Shown: positions 53,071-63,519 of the stretch, one piece after another
Layout: each line of letters opens with the position of its first letter
Numbering within the stretch: the first letter of the stretch is position 1
NCBI GenBank assembly: GCA_040754885.1
Contig: JBFMCD010000065.1
Span: forward strand, 96-64,095
Length of the DNA: 64,000 nucleotides
Reading direction: 5' to 3'
Origin: Acidobacteriota bacterium
Lineage (GTDB): Bacteria > Acidobacteriota > Thermoanaerobaculia > Thermoanaerobaculales > Thermoanaerobaculaceae
Made by a program: the position numbers and the translations under genes
The notes under the pieces: model-generated
What the model saw: the letters and a program-made list of their open reading frames with translations, nothing else
Databases searched by the model: none
What the model was told of the DNA's origin: nothing

Positions 53071-53978
53071 CACCTCTTCCGGTTGCGCAACCAGACGCGC
53101 AGGCCGATGGCGGACAGGTTGACGACCAGTACGGTCGCGAGCAGGACGAGCGCGGTCGCATACGGGATCGAGTCCTTGACGTTGGGCACCTGGGTGGAGA
53201 CGGTGTAGAGGTGCATCGAAAGCGCCATGCACTGGTCGTCCAGGCTGTACGGGAAGAGCGTGCCGCGTTCGACCGCCTTGAAGAACACCGCTCCCGTGAA
53301 CATGATCGGCGCCGTCTCGCCGGCGGCCCGGCTGACCTGGAGGATGACGCCGGTCAGGATCCCGCTGATCGAGTTGGGCAGCACCACGGCCCTGATCGTC
53401 TGCCAGCGTGTCGCGCCGACGTTCCAGCACGCCTCCCGGAACGCCATCGGGACGGAGGCGAGGGCCTCGCGCGTGCTCGCGATGATCACCGGCAGTGTCA
53501 TGATCGCGAGGGTCAGCGAGGCCGAGAGGATGGAGTACCCGAAGCGCGCCGCGTAGACGAACGCGCCGAGGCCGAACAGGGCGTGGACGATGCTGGGCAC
53601 GCCGGCGAGGTTGATCACGGCGAGGTTGATGAGGCGGTTGAGCCAGGTGTCCCTGGTGTACTCGTTGAGGAATATGGCCGCCAGGATACCGATCGGCGCG
53701 GAGACGGCGAGCGAGAGCCCGACCAGGTAGAGCGTGCCGACGAAGGCCGGCCAGATGCCGCCCTCGCGCATCCCGCGGCGGGGAGCGTCGAGGAGGAAGT
53801 CGATGGTCAGCGACGGAGCCGCCCGGTACACCAGGTAGGCGAGAATCGCCAGCAGTGGGATCACCATCGCGGCGGTCATCCCACGGAACACCCATCGCGC
53901 CGCCGCTTCGGTGCGCTCCTTGCGCGCCACCAGCGGTGTCCGCGCGAAACGCTTCGGAAGGGCACCCGTCCGCTCCAC
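53067..53978 (-). CDS. pstA: Phosphate ABC transporter permease PstA
   Basis: EAA-loop region NVGATRWQTIRAVVLPNSISGILTGVILQVSRAAGETAPI. Confidence 0.9.
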   Translation of the reverse strand: MERTGALPKRFARTPLVARKERTEAAARWVFRGMTAAMVIPLLAILAYLVYRAAPSLTIDFLLDAPRRGMREGGIWPAFVGTLYLVGLSLAVSAPIGILAAIFLNEYTRDTWLNRLINLAVINLAGVPSIVHALFGLGAFVYAARFGYSILSASLTLAIMTLPVIIASTREALASVPMAFREACWNVGATRWQTIRAVVLPNSISGILTGVILQVSRAAGETAPIMFTGAVFFKAVERGTLFPYSLDDQCMALSMHLYTVSTQVPNVKDSIPYATALVLLATVLVVNLSAIGLRVWLRNRKRW

Positions 53979-53982
53979 GGGT

Positions 53983-54921
53983 CTACTTCCTCTGCCGGCC
54001 GCGGATCACCAGATCGGCGGCGAGGTTGATCGCGAAGGTGATGCAGAAGAGCAGCACGCCGGTCAGGAACAACACCCGGTAGTGCTCGGAGCCGGCAGGG
54101 GCCTCGCCCAGTTCGGCCGCGATGTTGGCAGTGAGGGTGCGGACCGAATCGAGGATGCCGCGCGGGACTTGCACCGCGTGGCCGGTCGCCATCAGCACGG
54201 CCATCGTTTCGCCGACGGCGCGACCGACGCCCAGCAGCACGGCCGCGAGCAGGCCGTTCTTGGCGGCCGGCAGGAGAACGCGGTAGACCATCTGCCAGCG
54301 CGTCGCGCCGAGCGCGATCGCCGCTTCACGGTACGAGTCCGGGACGGCCTTGAGGGCGTCCTCGCCGATCGAGACGATGATCGGCACGCTCATGAGGGCG
54401 AGGATGACACCGCCGTTGAGGAGGTTGACGCCCACCGGGGCGCCGGTCAGCGTCACGATCAACCTGCTCATCACGGTCAAGCCGATGAACCCCCAGACCA
54501 CCGAGGGGATGGCGGCGAGCAGTTCGATCACGATCTTGAGCGTCTCCTTGCTCTTCGGTGCGCTGAACTCGGAGACGTAGATAGCCGCGCCGATCCCGAA
54601 CGGCACGGCAAGGAGCATGGCCAATGCCGTCACCCCGACGGTGCCGACCGTCAGTGCCCATGTGCCGTAGCGGACGTTGATGTCCGAGGTCGGGTACCAC
54701 TCGCTACTGAAAAGGAACTCGAGCGGCTTCAGTTCGTCGGCGAAGAGGACCGGCGCCGCCTCACGGAAGACGAAGAAGAAGATGGCGAGAACGAAGAGGA
54801 CGGCGCTGATGCCGCTCAGCCGGATGAGGAGTTCGAGGGCCCGCTCTCCGGCCACGGCCCACCGGGGCCTCGACGCGAGGCGAGGGCCCTTGGAGTCAGC
54901 AACCCCTCGGTCGTGGGTCAT
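53983..54921 (-). CDS. pstC: Phosphate ABC transporter permease PstC
   Basis: ALGATRWQMVYRVLLPAAKNGLLAAVLLGVGRAVGETMAV. Lies directly after pstS. Confidence 0.9.
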   Translation of the reverse strand: MTHDRGVADSKGPRLASRPRWAVAGERALELLIRLSGISAVLFVLAIFFFVFREAAPVLFADELKPLEFLFSSEWYPTSDINVRYGTWALTVGTVGVTALAMLLAVPFGIGAAIYVSEFSAPKSKETLKIVIELLAAIPSVVWGFIGLTVMSRLIVTLTGAPVGVNLLNGGVILALMSVPIIVSIGEDALKAVPDSYREAAIALGATRWQMVYRVLLPAAKNGLLAAVLLGVGRAVGETMAVLMATGHAVQVPRGILDSVRTLTANIAAELGEAPAGSEHYRVLFLTGVLLFCITFAINLAADLVIRGRQRK

Positions 54922-54939
54922 CGGCCGACTGGCTCGCAG

Positions 54940-55863
54940 TCACCGCGGATCGCCGCTCGCGGTGACCGGGACGTAGCCGTTGTCCTGCAGGATCCGCTGG
55001 CCGTCGGGCGAGAGGATCCAGGAGAGGAACTCCTTGACCGCCCCGGACGGCTCGCCGAGTGTGTATACCTGTAGCGAACGGGCGAGCGGGTAGGTTTTGG
55101 CGATCGTGTTGGCGACGCTCGGCGCCACTGCCGGCTGCCCCGGTGCGCTGGCGACGCGCAGCATCTTCACCGCCGGCGTCGCGTAGCCCATGCCGCTGTA
55201 TCCGATCGCGACCTTCGTCGTGCCCACGAGTTCGACGACTTCCTTGGATCCGTTCATGTCACGCGATCCCAGTTTGAAGTCCTTCTTGCCCAGGACGTGC
55301 TCGCGAAAGAACTCGTAGGTGCCGGAACTCGACTGCCGCGAAACCCGGACGATCGTGTCGTCCTCGACCCCCGGGATCGTCACCCCGAGTTGCGACCAGC
55401 GCGTGACCGTGCCTCCCTCGGAAAACACCTCGGCGAGCTGACCCAGGGCGACCTCGTCGAGCGGGTTGTCGCCGTTGACGTAGACCGCGAGCGCGTCGAA
55501 GCCGACGATGAGCTCCCTGGGCTCTTTGCCCGTGTTGCGCTTCGCCTGCTCGATCTCCTGCGCCTTCATGTTCCGGCTGGCGGTGGCGATGTCGATGGTG
55601 CCACGCTCGAGGGCGGCGATCCCGACTCCCGAGCCGCCCCCAGAGACCTCGACGTCGACCGACGGCATCGCGCGCTTGTACTCCTCGGCCCAGGCTTGCG
55701 CAACGTTCACCATGGTGTCGGAACCCTTTATTTGGATCACGGCCCGCGGCTGGCCGCTGTCGGGCGCCCCTCCACACGCCAGCAGACCGAGGATCAGCAG
55801 GGACGCCGATGCGGCCGAGGCCAGGGAAGGGTTCGGGAGGGTGATGGCGCGGCGGAGGATCAC
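54940..55863 (-). CDS. pstS: Phosphate-binding lipoprotein PstS
   Basis: Lipobox LGLLACG. IKGSDTMVNVAQAWAEEY and SGGGSGVGIAAL are typical of PstS-family PBPs. Confidence 0.9.
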   Translation of the reverse strand: MILRRAITLPNPSLASAASASLLILGLLACGGAPDSGQPRAVIQIKGSDTMVNVAQAWAEEYKRAMPSVDVEVSGGGSGVGIAALERGTIDIATASRNMKAQEIEQAKRNTGKEPRELIVGFDALAVYVNGDNPLDEVALGQLAEVFSEGGTVTRWSQLGVTIPGVEDDTIVRVSRQSSSGTYEFFREHVLGKKDFKLGSRDMNGSKEVVELVGTTKVAIGYSGMGYATPAVKMLRVASAPGQPAVAPSVANTIAKTYPLARSLQVYTLGEPSGAVKEFLSWILSPDGQRILQDNGYVPVTASGDPR

Positions 55864-55964
55864 TGGCAGGTCCTTTCTCGTGTCACACGCAGGCGGTGCC
55901 GGCCGCCACCTCCGGTCGGAACCCGGGCCGGAGCAGCGCGCACCGCGGGCTTGGAGTGTATCAG

Positions 55965-55982
55965 ATGAAGACGGCGTGAAGA
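55965..55982 (-). promoter_or_regulatory. Candidate Pho box: two 7-bp direct repeats at 11-bp period (TCTTCAC-gccg-TCTTCAT) upstream of pstS
   Basis: Read on the minus strand ~100 nt upstream of the pstS start, followed by TACACT. The geometry matches PhoB/PhoP-type direct-repeat boxes. Confidence 0.3.
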
Positions 55983-55998
55983 TCTCGTGGAGGGACGT

Positions 55999-57099
55999 TC
56001 AGACCCGGTTGCTGTCCCTGATCGCGGACACCAGGTCCCGAATCTGGCTGTCCAGATAGTCGTACGTGCTCTGATAGGCCTCGCGAGCGGCCTCGGGGTC
56101 ACTCCTCTCCTGGCTCGGATCGGCGACCGGCCATTCGAGCAGAACCGCCTTGCGGGGGCGCCTCGGGAAGGCGCGGCGCGCCTCGCGATCGAGCAGGACG
56201 ATGACATCCTGGGCCTCGAGGTTCTCGACATCGGTGAGCGCCCTCGGGATCGTACGGCGCACGTCGAAACCCTTCGAGGCCATGAAGGTGGCGGTCTCGG
56301 GCTCCACCGGCATCGGGTCGAGCCCGGCGCTCGAGAACTCGAAGTCTTCTTCCTTCAGGGTGTTGCCGATGTGCTCGGCGATCAGGCTGCGGCACGCGTG
56401 GTGCCGGTCGACGAACAGCACGCGCAGGAGCGTCGAGCCGGGGTGCTTGGCTATCTCACCGGTGCAGAGGTACAACGTCTCCATCCCGATGTTGCGGGCT
56501 TGGTCCGAGACCCGTTCGAGCCGGCGGGCGACCATCACGAGCGGGTAGAGCGCCTCGAAAGGAAGCGACCCGTCCCGGAACGACTGTGTGACATCCGCGG
56601 TCAGCTTGTCGCGCAGCAGGTCCACGGCCTCGTCCGACTCGATCGTCCGCCTCGCAAGGTCCGCGTCCTGGCCGACGAACGCCTCGATGGCGTCGTGCAG
56701 CATCGGCACCGCGAGGTCGACGATCTGCTGCAGGCGGTCGAGGGGGAGCGGAGCGTCGATGCTCGTCAACCGCAACGCCTCGCGGGCGATCCCCTCGGCG
56801 TAGTCGCCGACCCGTTCCAGCTCCAGGTTCACCTTGATCGTCGAGTAGGCGAAACGGAGCAGGCTCGCCGCCGGTTGATGACGGACGAGGAAGTTCAGGC
56901 ACATCCGGTCGAGCTGCTTCTCGATCTCGTCGATGTAACGATCACGCAGGATCACGGCGAAGGCCTGCTGTCGGTCATGTTCGATCACCGCGCGGATGCT
57001 GCGCCGGACCGCTCGTTCCGCCATGTGGCCCATCTCGACGACCTTGGACCGCATCAGGTCCAGGTCCTGCTGAAGCGAGGTCTCCAGATGAGTCGTCAT
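55999..57099 (-). CDS. phoU: PhoU fused to a low-molecular-weight phosphatase/ArsC-like domain with a degenerate P-loop
   Basis: Start MTTHLETS. Two PhoU repeats (ELERVGDYAEGI, RLERVSDQARNI). The C-terminal ~150 aa are LMW-PTP-like (VLFVDRHHACRS..SAG..WPVADP), and the nucleophile Cys position is Asp. Confidence 0.8.
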   Translation of the reverse strand: MTTHLETSLQQDLDLMRSKVVEMGHMAERAVRRSIRAVIEHDRQQAFAVILRDRYIDEIEKQLDRMCLNFLVRHQPAASLLRFAYSTIKVNLELERVGDYAEGIAREALRLTSIDAPLPLDRLQQIVDLAVPMLHDAIEAFVGQDADLARRTIESDEAVDLLRDKLTADVTQSFRDGSLPFEALYPLVMVARRLERVSDQARNIGMETLYLCTGEIAKHPGSTLLRVLFVDRHHACRSLIAEHIGNTLKEEDFEFSSAGLDPMPVEPETATFMASKGFDVRRTIPRALTDVENLEAQDVIVLLDREARRAFPRRPRKAVLLEWPVADPSQERSDPEAAREAYQSTYDYLDSQIRDLVSAIRDSNRV

Positions 57100-57231
57100 C
57101 CCCTGACCGCCTTCGGCCGCCGGTTCGCTCGTCCCGCTGGCGGCGCCGCCCGAGGATACGGGTCGTGGCACGAGCGCGCAAGTGCAAGCGGCCCCGAGTG
57201 GTCGCACGCGCACCGGTGTCGCGCCAGCGGC

Positions 57232-59652
57232 CTACCTCGGCGCAGGCGTCCTGGTCGTCCCTCCTGCGAGCTTCGCGTGGGCCGCCGCGATCGCCTCGGG
57301 CGTGGTGAGCGGCTCGCCGGGTCGAGGCGTGTAGAAGCGGATCTGCTGTTCCCAGGGAAGGGCCACGACACCGTGGGCCGCGGCCCCGCACGCCTCCGGC
57401 TCGCGGCCCTCCGGTACCGCCTCGAGGATCGCTTCCTCGCCGCACTCCGGGACGGCTCGGAGCCCGGTCCTCCGGTCCACGGGAAGCACCGTCACCTTCC
57501 CCGGGACGACGAACTCCTCCTGCCGCGCCGCTTCGCTCAATCGGTCGAGGTAGGCGCTCATGAAGCGAATCCACGTCGGCAGTGCCGCCTCGGCCCCGGT
57601 CATGCCGCGGCCGATCCGCTCCTTGAGGTCCCGGCCCACCCACACCCCGCACGTAATGCGTGGGCTGTAACCGATGAACCAGGCGTCGCTGAAGTCGTCG
57701 GTGGTGCCGGTCTTGCCCGCCAGGTTGGCAGGCAACAGACTGGCCTTGGCCCCGGTGCCCCGGTCGATCACGCCCTCGAGGACGTGGGTGATCAGGTAGG
57801 CGACGTCCTCGCGCAGCGCCGGCCTGACGCGGGGTCGGGTCTCGGCGATCGTCTTGCCGTCGGCGTCGCGGACCTTCGAGATGAAGTGCGGCTCGGGGAA
57901 CTGTCCGCGATTCGCGATCCCGGCGTAGGCGGCGGTGATGTCGAGGAGGGTGATCTCGAAGGCGCCGAGCGCGAGCGTCGGGTAGGGGCGTAGCTCCTCG
58001 CGGATCCCGAGCCGGCGGGCGACGTCGATGGCCAGGTCGCCGCCGACCGTGGCCTGGAGCTTGACCGCGCTGGCGTTGAGCGAGTGCTCCAGGGCGTGGC
58101 GCAGGGTGACGATCCCGTCGTACGTCCTCTCGTAGTTGAGCGGGACGTAGCCGGCGGTTCCGGTCGAGTCGAGGTACATCGCCGGGCCGTCGAGGATCAG
58201 GTCGGTGGGTGAAAGCCCGCGCTCGAGGGCGGCGATGTAGACGAACGGCTTGAACGCGGAGCCGACCTGCCGCTTGGCCTGCATCGCGCGGTCGAACTGC
58301 GAGCGCTCGAAGTCGAAGCCTCCGACCAGGGCGAGGAGCGCGCCGGTACGGTTGTCGATGGCCACCAGAGCGCCCTCGACACGCGGCTCGGGCTCGAGTT
58401 CCACGACCAGCGTCTGCTCGGGGTCGGAAGGCACGTCGCCGAGTCGGACGAGCAGGACGTCGCCGCGCCGGGTCAGCCGCAACATGCTCGTCCGCCCCGT
58501 CCAGGCGGCGTTCTTCGGTGTCAGCCTGGCGGGACGGCCCGCGATGGTCAGGCGGGCTTCCTCCGGCTTGACGTCGGTGACCAGCGCGTGGACGAGTTCT
58601 CCCTTGCGCCAGCGAACGAGGTGCCATCCCGCGTCGTTCCAGGCGCCGAGGTCGGTGCCGGCCGCCGCTTCGACGTTCCGCCTCGCGCCCGGCCAGCCGA
58701 GGCGTCGCTGCAGCTCGATCAGACCCTCGCGCACGGACTCCTCGGCGAGCGCCTGGAGCGGGGGGTCGAGTGTGGTCTCGACCTCGAGTCCCCCCTCGAG
58801 CATCTGCCGCGTGCCGAAGCGATCTTCCACGGAGCGGCGCACCTCCTCGATGAAATAGGCGGCGGTCGGGTTGTGGTCGTAGTGGGCCTCGGCGTCGAGC
58901 GGAGCCTGGCGGGCCAGGTCGTGGGCCTCGCGGTCGATGAAGCGCTCCTCGAGCATCCGGTCCAGAACGTGGTTGCGCCGGGTGAGCGCACGGGTCGGAT
59001 TGGTGATCGGCGAAAGGTGGGTCGGCAGCTGCGGCAGCCCGGCGAGCAGCGCGGCCTCGGGGAGCGTCAGCTCCCATGCGTGCTTGCCGAGGTAGAAGCG
59101 GGCGGCCGCCTCGACGCCGTAGTTGCCGTGGCCGAAGTTCACCTGGTTGGCGTAGAGAGTGAGGATCTGGTCCTTGGAGAACTTCTGCTCGATCTCGACC
59201 GCGAGAAGCGCTTCCTTGATCTTCCGCTCCCAGCGCTTCTCGGGGGTGAGAAAGAGCGTCCGGGCGAGCTGCTGGGTGATCGTCGAACCGCCCTGCCCGC
59301 GGGTGCGCCTGGCCAGCAGGTTGCGGAACACCGCCCTCACGACTCCCCTGGGGTCGACGCCGGGGTGGCGGTAGAAGTTCGCGTCCTCGACGGCGATCAC
59401 CGCGTCGCGGAATACCTTGGGGATCTGCTCGAACGACAGGGGGATGCGCCGCTGGTTGGCGAACGTGGCGAGGAGCGACCCGTCCCGGGCGCGGACCTGG
59501 GTGGCCGCGGAAGGTCGGTAGCTGGTCAGCGACTCGACCGCCGGCAGCTCGACGAAGCGTGACAACGCGAGTCCGGCGATCGCGCCCAGCGTGACCCCGA
59601 TGAAGATCCCGGCGAGCAGCCAGCGCAGCAGCTTCCTGCCCATGAGCCGCAA
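57232..59652 (-). CDS. mrcA: Penicillin-binding protein 1A (bifunctional transglycosylase/transpeptidase)
   Basis: GT51 motifs [14 protein letters not shown] and [11 protein letters not shown]. Transpeptidase motifs [16 protein letters not shown]. Confidence 0.9.
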   Translation of the reverse strand: MRLMGRKLLRWLLAGIFIGVTLGAIAGLALSRFVELPAVESLTSYRPSAATQVRARDGSLLATFANQRRIPLSFEQIPKVFRDAVIAVEDANFYRHPGVDPRGVVRAVFRNLLARRTRGQGGSTITQQLARTLFLTPEKRWERKIKEALLAVEIEQKFSKDQILTLYANQVNFGHGNYGVEAAARFYLGKHAWELTLPEAALLAGLPQLPTHLSPITNPTRALTRRNHVLDRMLEERFIDREAHDLARQAPLDAEAHYDHNPTAAYFIEEVRRSVEDRFGTRQMLEGGLEVETTLDPPLQALAEESVREGLIELQRRLGWPGARRNVEAAAGTDLGAWNDAGWHLVRWRKGELVHALVTDVKPEEARLTIAGRPARLTPKNAAWTGRTSMLRLTRRGDVLLVRLGDVPSDPEQTLVVELEPEPRVEGALVAIDNRTGALLALVGGFDFERSQFDRAMQAKRQVGSAFKPFVYIAALERGLSPTDLILDGPAMYLDSTGTAGYVPLNYERTYDGIVTLRHALEHSLNASAVKLQATVGGDLAIDVARRLGIREELRPYPTLALGAFEITLLDITAAYAGIANRGQFPEPHFISKVRDADGKTIAETRPRVRPALREDVAYLITHVLEGVIDRGTGAKASLLPANLAGKTGTTDDFSDAWFIGYSPRITCGVWVGRDLKERIGRGMTGAEAALPTWIRFMSAYLDRLSEAARQEEFVVPGKVTVLPVDRRTGLRAVPECGEEAILEAVPEGREPEACGAAAHGVVALPWEQQIRFYTPRPGEPLTTPEAIAAAHAKLAGGTTRTPAPR

Positions 59653-59743
59653 GCTTCGGGCGGCGCGCGCCGGGTGTCAAGCGCGCCTCGACCCGAGCGC
59701 GGGCCGGTCGCTCCCGTGTTACGCTCCGGCTCTCGGAGCGCGC

Positions 59744-60147
59744 ATGGATCCCTCTCGGGCCAAGGAGCAGGTGACGGGCGTCCCGGCGTGGCTGCGGCCG
59801 GCCGCGATGGGGTGCGCGGCGATCACGTTCGTGCTGCTCGCCGTGCTGGTCGGGACCCTGATGTCCCCGACCAAGCTGCTCGTCGGCGGGGTGGCGGCGC
59901 TCGGCAAGCGAGTCGAGAAGGCGCTGCCGCCCTCGACCTCCGAACAGTCGAGGGAGAGACTCTCCTCGATGTTTCGCTGTCTGAGGGCGGCGGTCGCCGA
60001 GCGCCGTCTCGACCGCGAGGGCGTGGCGCCGGTCGGGGCGGTGTGCCGGAAGGCGCTCGAGGACGGATCCGTCACGGAGGCGGAGCTGAACGCGATCCTC
60101 GAGGCCGCGGAGGCCGCCTGTGTACGTTGCCGCGACGGGCGCGCCGA

Positions 60148-60151
<4 letters not shown>
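59744..60151 (+). CDS. Small single-TM hypothetical protein translationally coupled to uvrB
   Basis: Start [10 protein letters not shown] segment [20 protein letters not shown], helical C-terminus. The stop overlaps the uvrB GTG (GTGA). Confidence 0.45.
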
Positions 60152-62151
<2,000 letters not shown>

Positions 62152-62167
62152 AAGTCGGAGTACGGGA

Positions 62168-62190
62168 TTCCGGGGCAGCGGACCCCGGAA
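62168..62190 (+). terminator. Hairpin TTCCGGGG-cagcgga-CCCCGGAA 17 nt after the uvrB stop
   Basis: Perfect 8-bp inverted repeat seen directly. No U-tract, so intrinsic terminator function is uncertain. Confidence 0.4.
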
Positions 62191-62308
62191 CCGGTGATGC
62201 GATCCGTCGCGCCGGGACGAGTGGCGCGCACCTCCGTGTTGGGCGGCTCGCGGCGGGATCGCGAGAGCTCGTGGCGGGCGGGTTCCCGCGCCCCCAGCCC
62301 TCGCGCTT

Positions 62309-62333
62309 GGGGAGGCGCGACAGGGGAGGCGCG
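62309..62333 (+). promoter_or_regulatory. Direct repeat GGGGAGGCGCG x2 (14-bp period) abutting the -35 of the 62340 promoter
   Basis: Copies at 62309-62319 and 62323-62333. The second ends 6 nt before TTGACA. Confidence 0.3.
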
Positions 62334-62339
62334 GGACGC

Positions 62340-62367
62340 TTGACAGCGCCTCGCGGCCCGCTACTAT
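62340..62367 (+). promoter_or_regulatory. Near-consensus sigma70 promoter TTGACA-16nt-TACTAT
   Basis: TTGACA at 62340-62345 and TACTAT at 62362-62367. The next start codon with an RBS is ~320 nt downstream (62688). Confidence 0.5.
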
Positions 62368-62687
62368 GCTCAGCGGTGTCACACAAAGATGCAACTCCGT
62401 CTCGGTCGCGCCGCGACCCCACCTGCCGGTACGCCGCCCGGCCCGGTCGCTTTCTGACTGAGCCTGCTCGGGTGAAAGTGACAGGGCGCTGGCCGCGACC
62501 CGACCTCCGCGGCCGCAGCGGTGCGGTCCGAACCGGTGGCGCACCCGCGCGTGGCGTGCCGGCTCGTTCGCTGGCGCCATCCCCGCGCGCAGGGAAGGCC
62601 ACCGGGCGGGCATTCCGCTCCAGCGTCCGGTTCGTGGCTTCCCAAGCAACGAAGCGTGTGTTTTCAAGTACTACTAAGGAGAGAATC

Positions 62688-63515
62688 GTGATCTTCCGAA
62701 ACGCCGTCTGCCGTGCCGTTGCCGTGGCCCTTGCAATGCTTGCAATGGCGTCGCCCGCCCTCCCGGCGCAAGAAGAGAAACCCGCCGCTCCGCCTCCCGC
62801 GAGCGCGACGCCGGTCGCCGACGAGCCCGACGTCGATGTCGAGGCAGAGGCCCTCGCTCTGCTCGACGCCGCGTGGGACTGGCTCGGCGCGCAGGAGAGC
62901 TACGCCTTCCATGCCGACCTCGAGTACGACGAGGTGTTCGGGGAGGCCACGCGCGTCCGGGTGAGCAGCCGACTCGACGCCCTCGTCCGTCAGCCCGATC
63001 GGTTCAAGGTCTTCATCGACGGCGACAGAGGTCGGAAGGCCTTCTACTACAACGGAGAGAGCTTCGTTCTCGCGGACCTGAGGTCGAGGACATGGGCCGC
63101 GGCGCCAGTGACGGGACCGAACGACACGGCCGTGGACACCATCGCCGGGGAACTCAACGTACAGCTTCCACTCTCCGACTTCCTCGTCACGAGCCCCGCG
63201 TATTCGGCGGACGAGTTGCAGGGGGCCTACGTCGTCGGTGAGAGCCGTGTCGCGGGGAGGCGGTGTCACCAGGTCCTCCTCCTGCTCGACGACATCGACG
63301 TGCAGCTCTGGATCGAGGCCGATGGCAACCCGCTCATCCGCAAGCTCGTCATCGTGTTCCGCGAGGCCCCGGGTGCGCCTCAGTTCGAAGCGACGTTCAC
63401 GGAGTGGTACCCGCCGACGCAGCTTTCGGACTACGTCTTCACTCACCGCCCAGGCGACGGCGACCGACACGTCGAGCTCGCCGCCCCAGCACCGGCCGAG
63501 ACGGGAAAGGAGTGA
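62688..63515 (+). CDS. Periplasmic LolA-like protein (DUF2092 family)
   Basis: GTG start 7 nt after AAGGAG. Has a signal peptide (AVAVALAMLAMASPALPA). YAFHADLEYDEV...RFKVFIDGD...FYYNG...LAD... matches the DUF2092 pattern. Confidence 0.7.
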   Translation: MIFRNAVCRAVAVALAMLAMASPALPAQEEKPAAPPPASATPVADEPDVDVEAEALALLDAAWDWLGAQESYAFHADLEYDEVFGEATRVRVSSRLDALVRQPDRFKVFIDGDRGRKAFYYNGESFVLADLRSRTWAAAPVTGPNDTAVDTIAGELNVQLPLSDFLVTSPAYSADELQGAYVVGESRVAGRRCHQVLLLLDDIDVQLWIEADGNPLIRKLVIVFREAPGAPQFEATFTEWYPPTQLSDYVFTHRPGDGDRHVELAAPAPAETGKE

Positions 63516-63519
63516 CACC

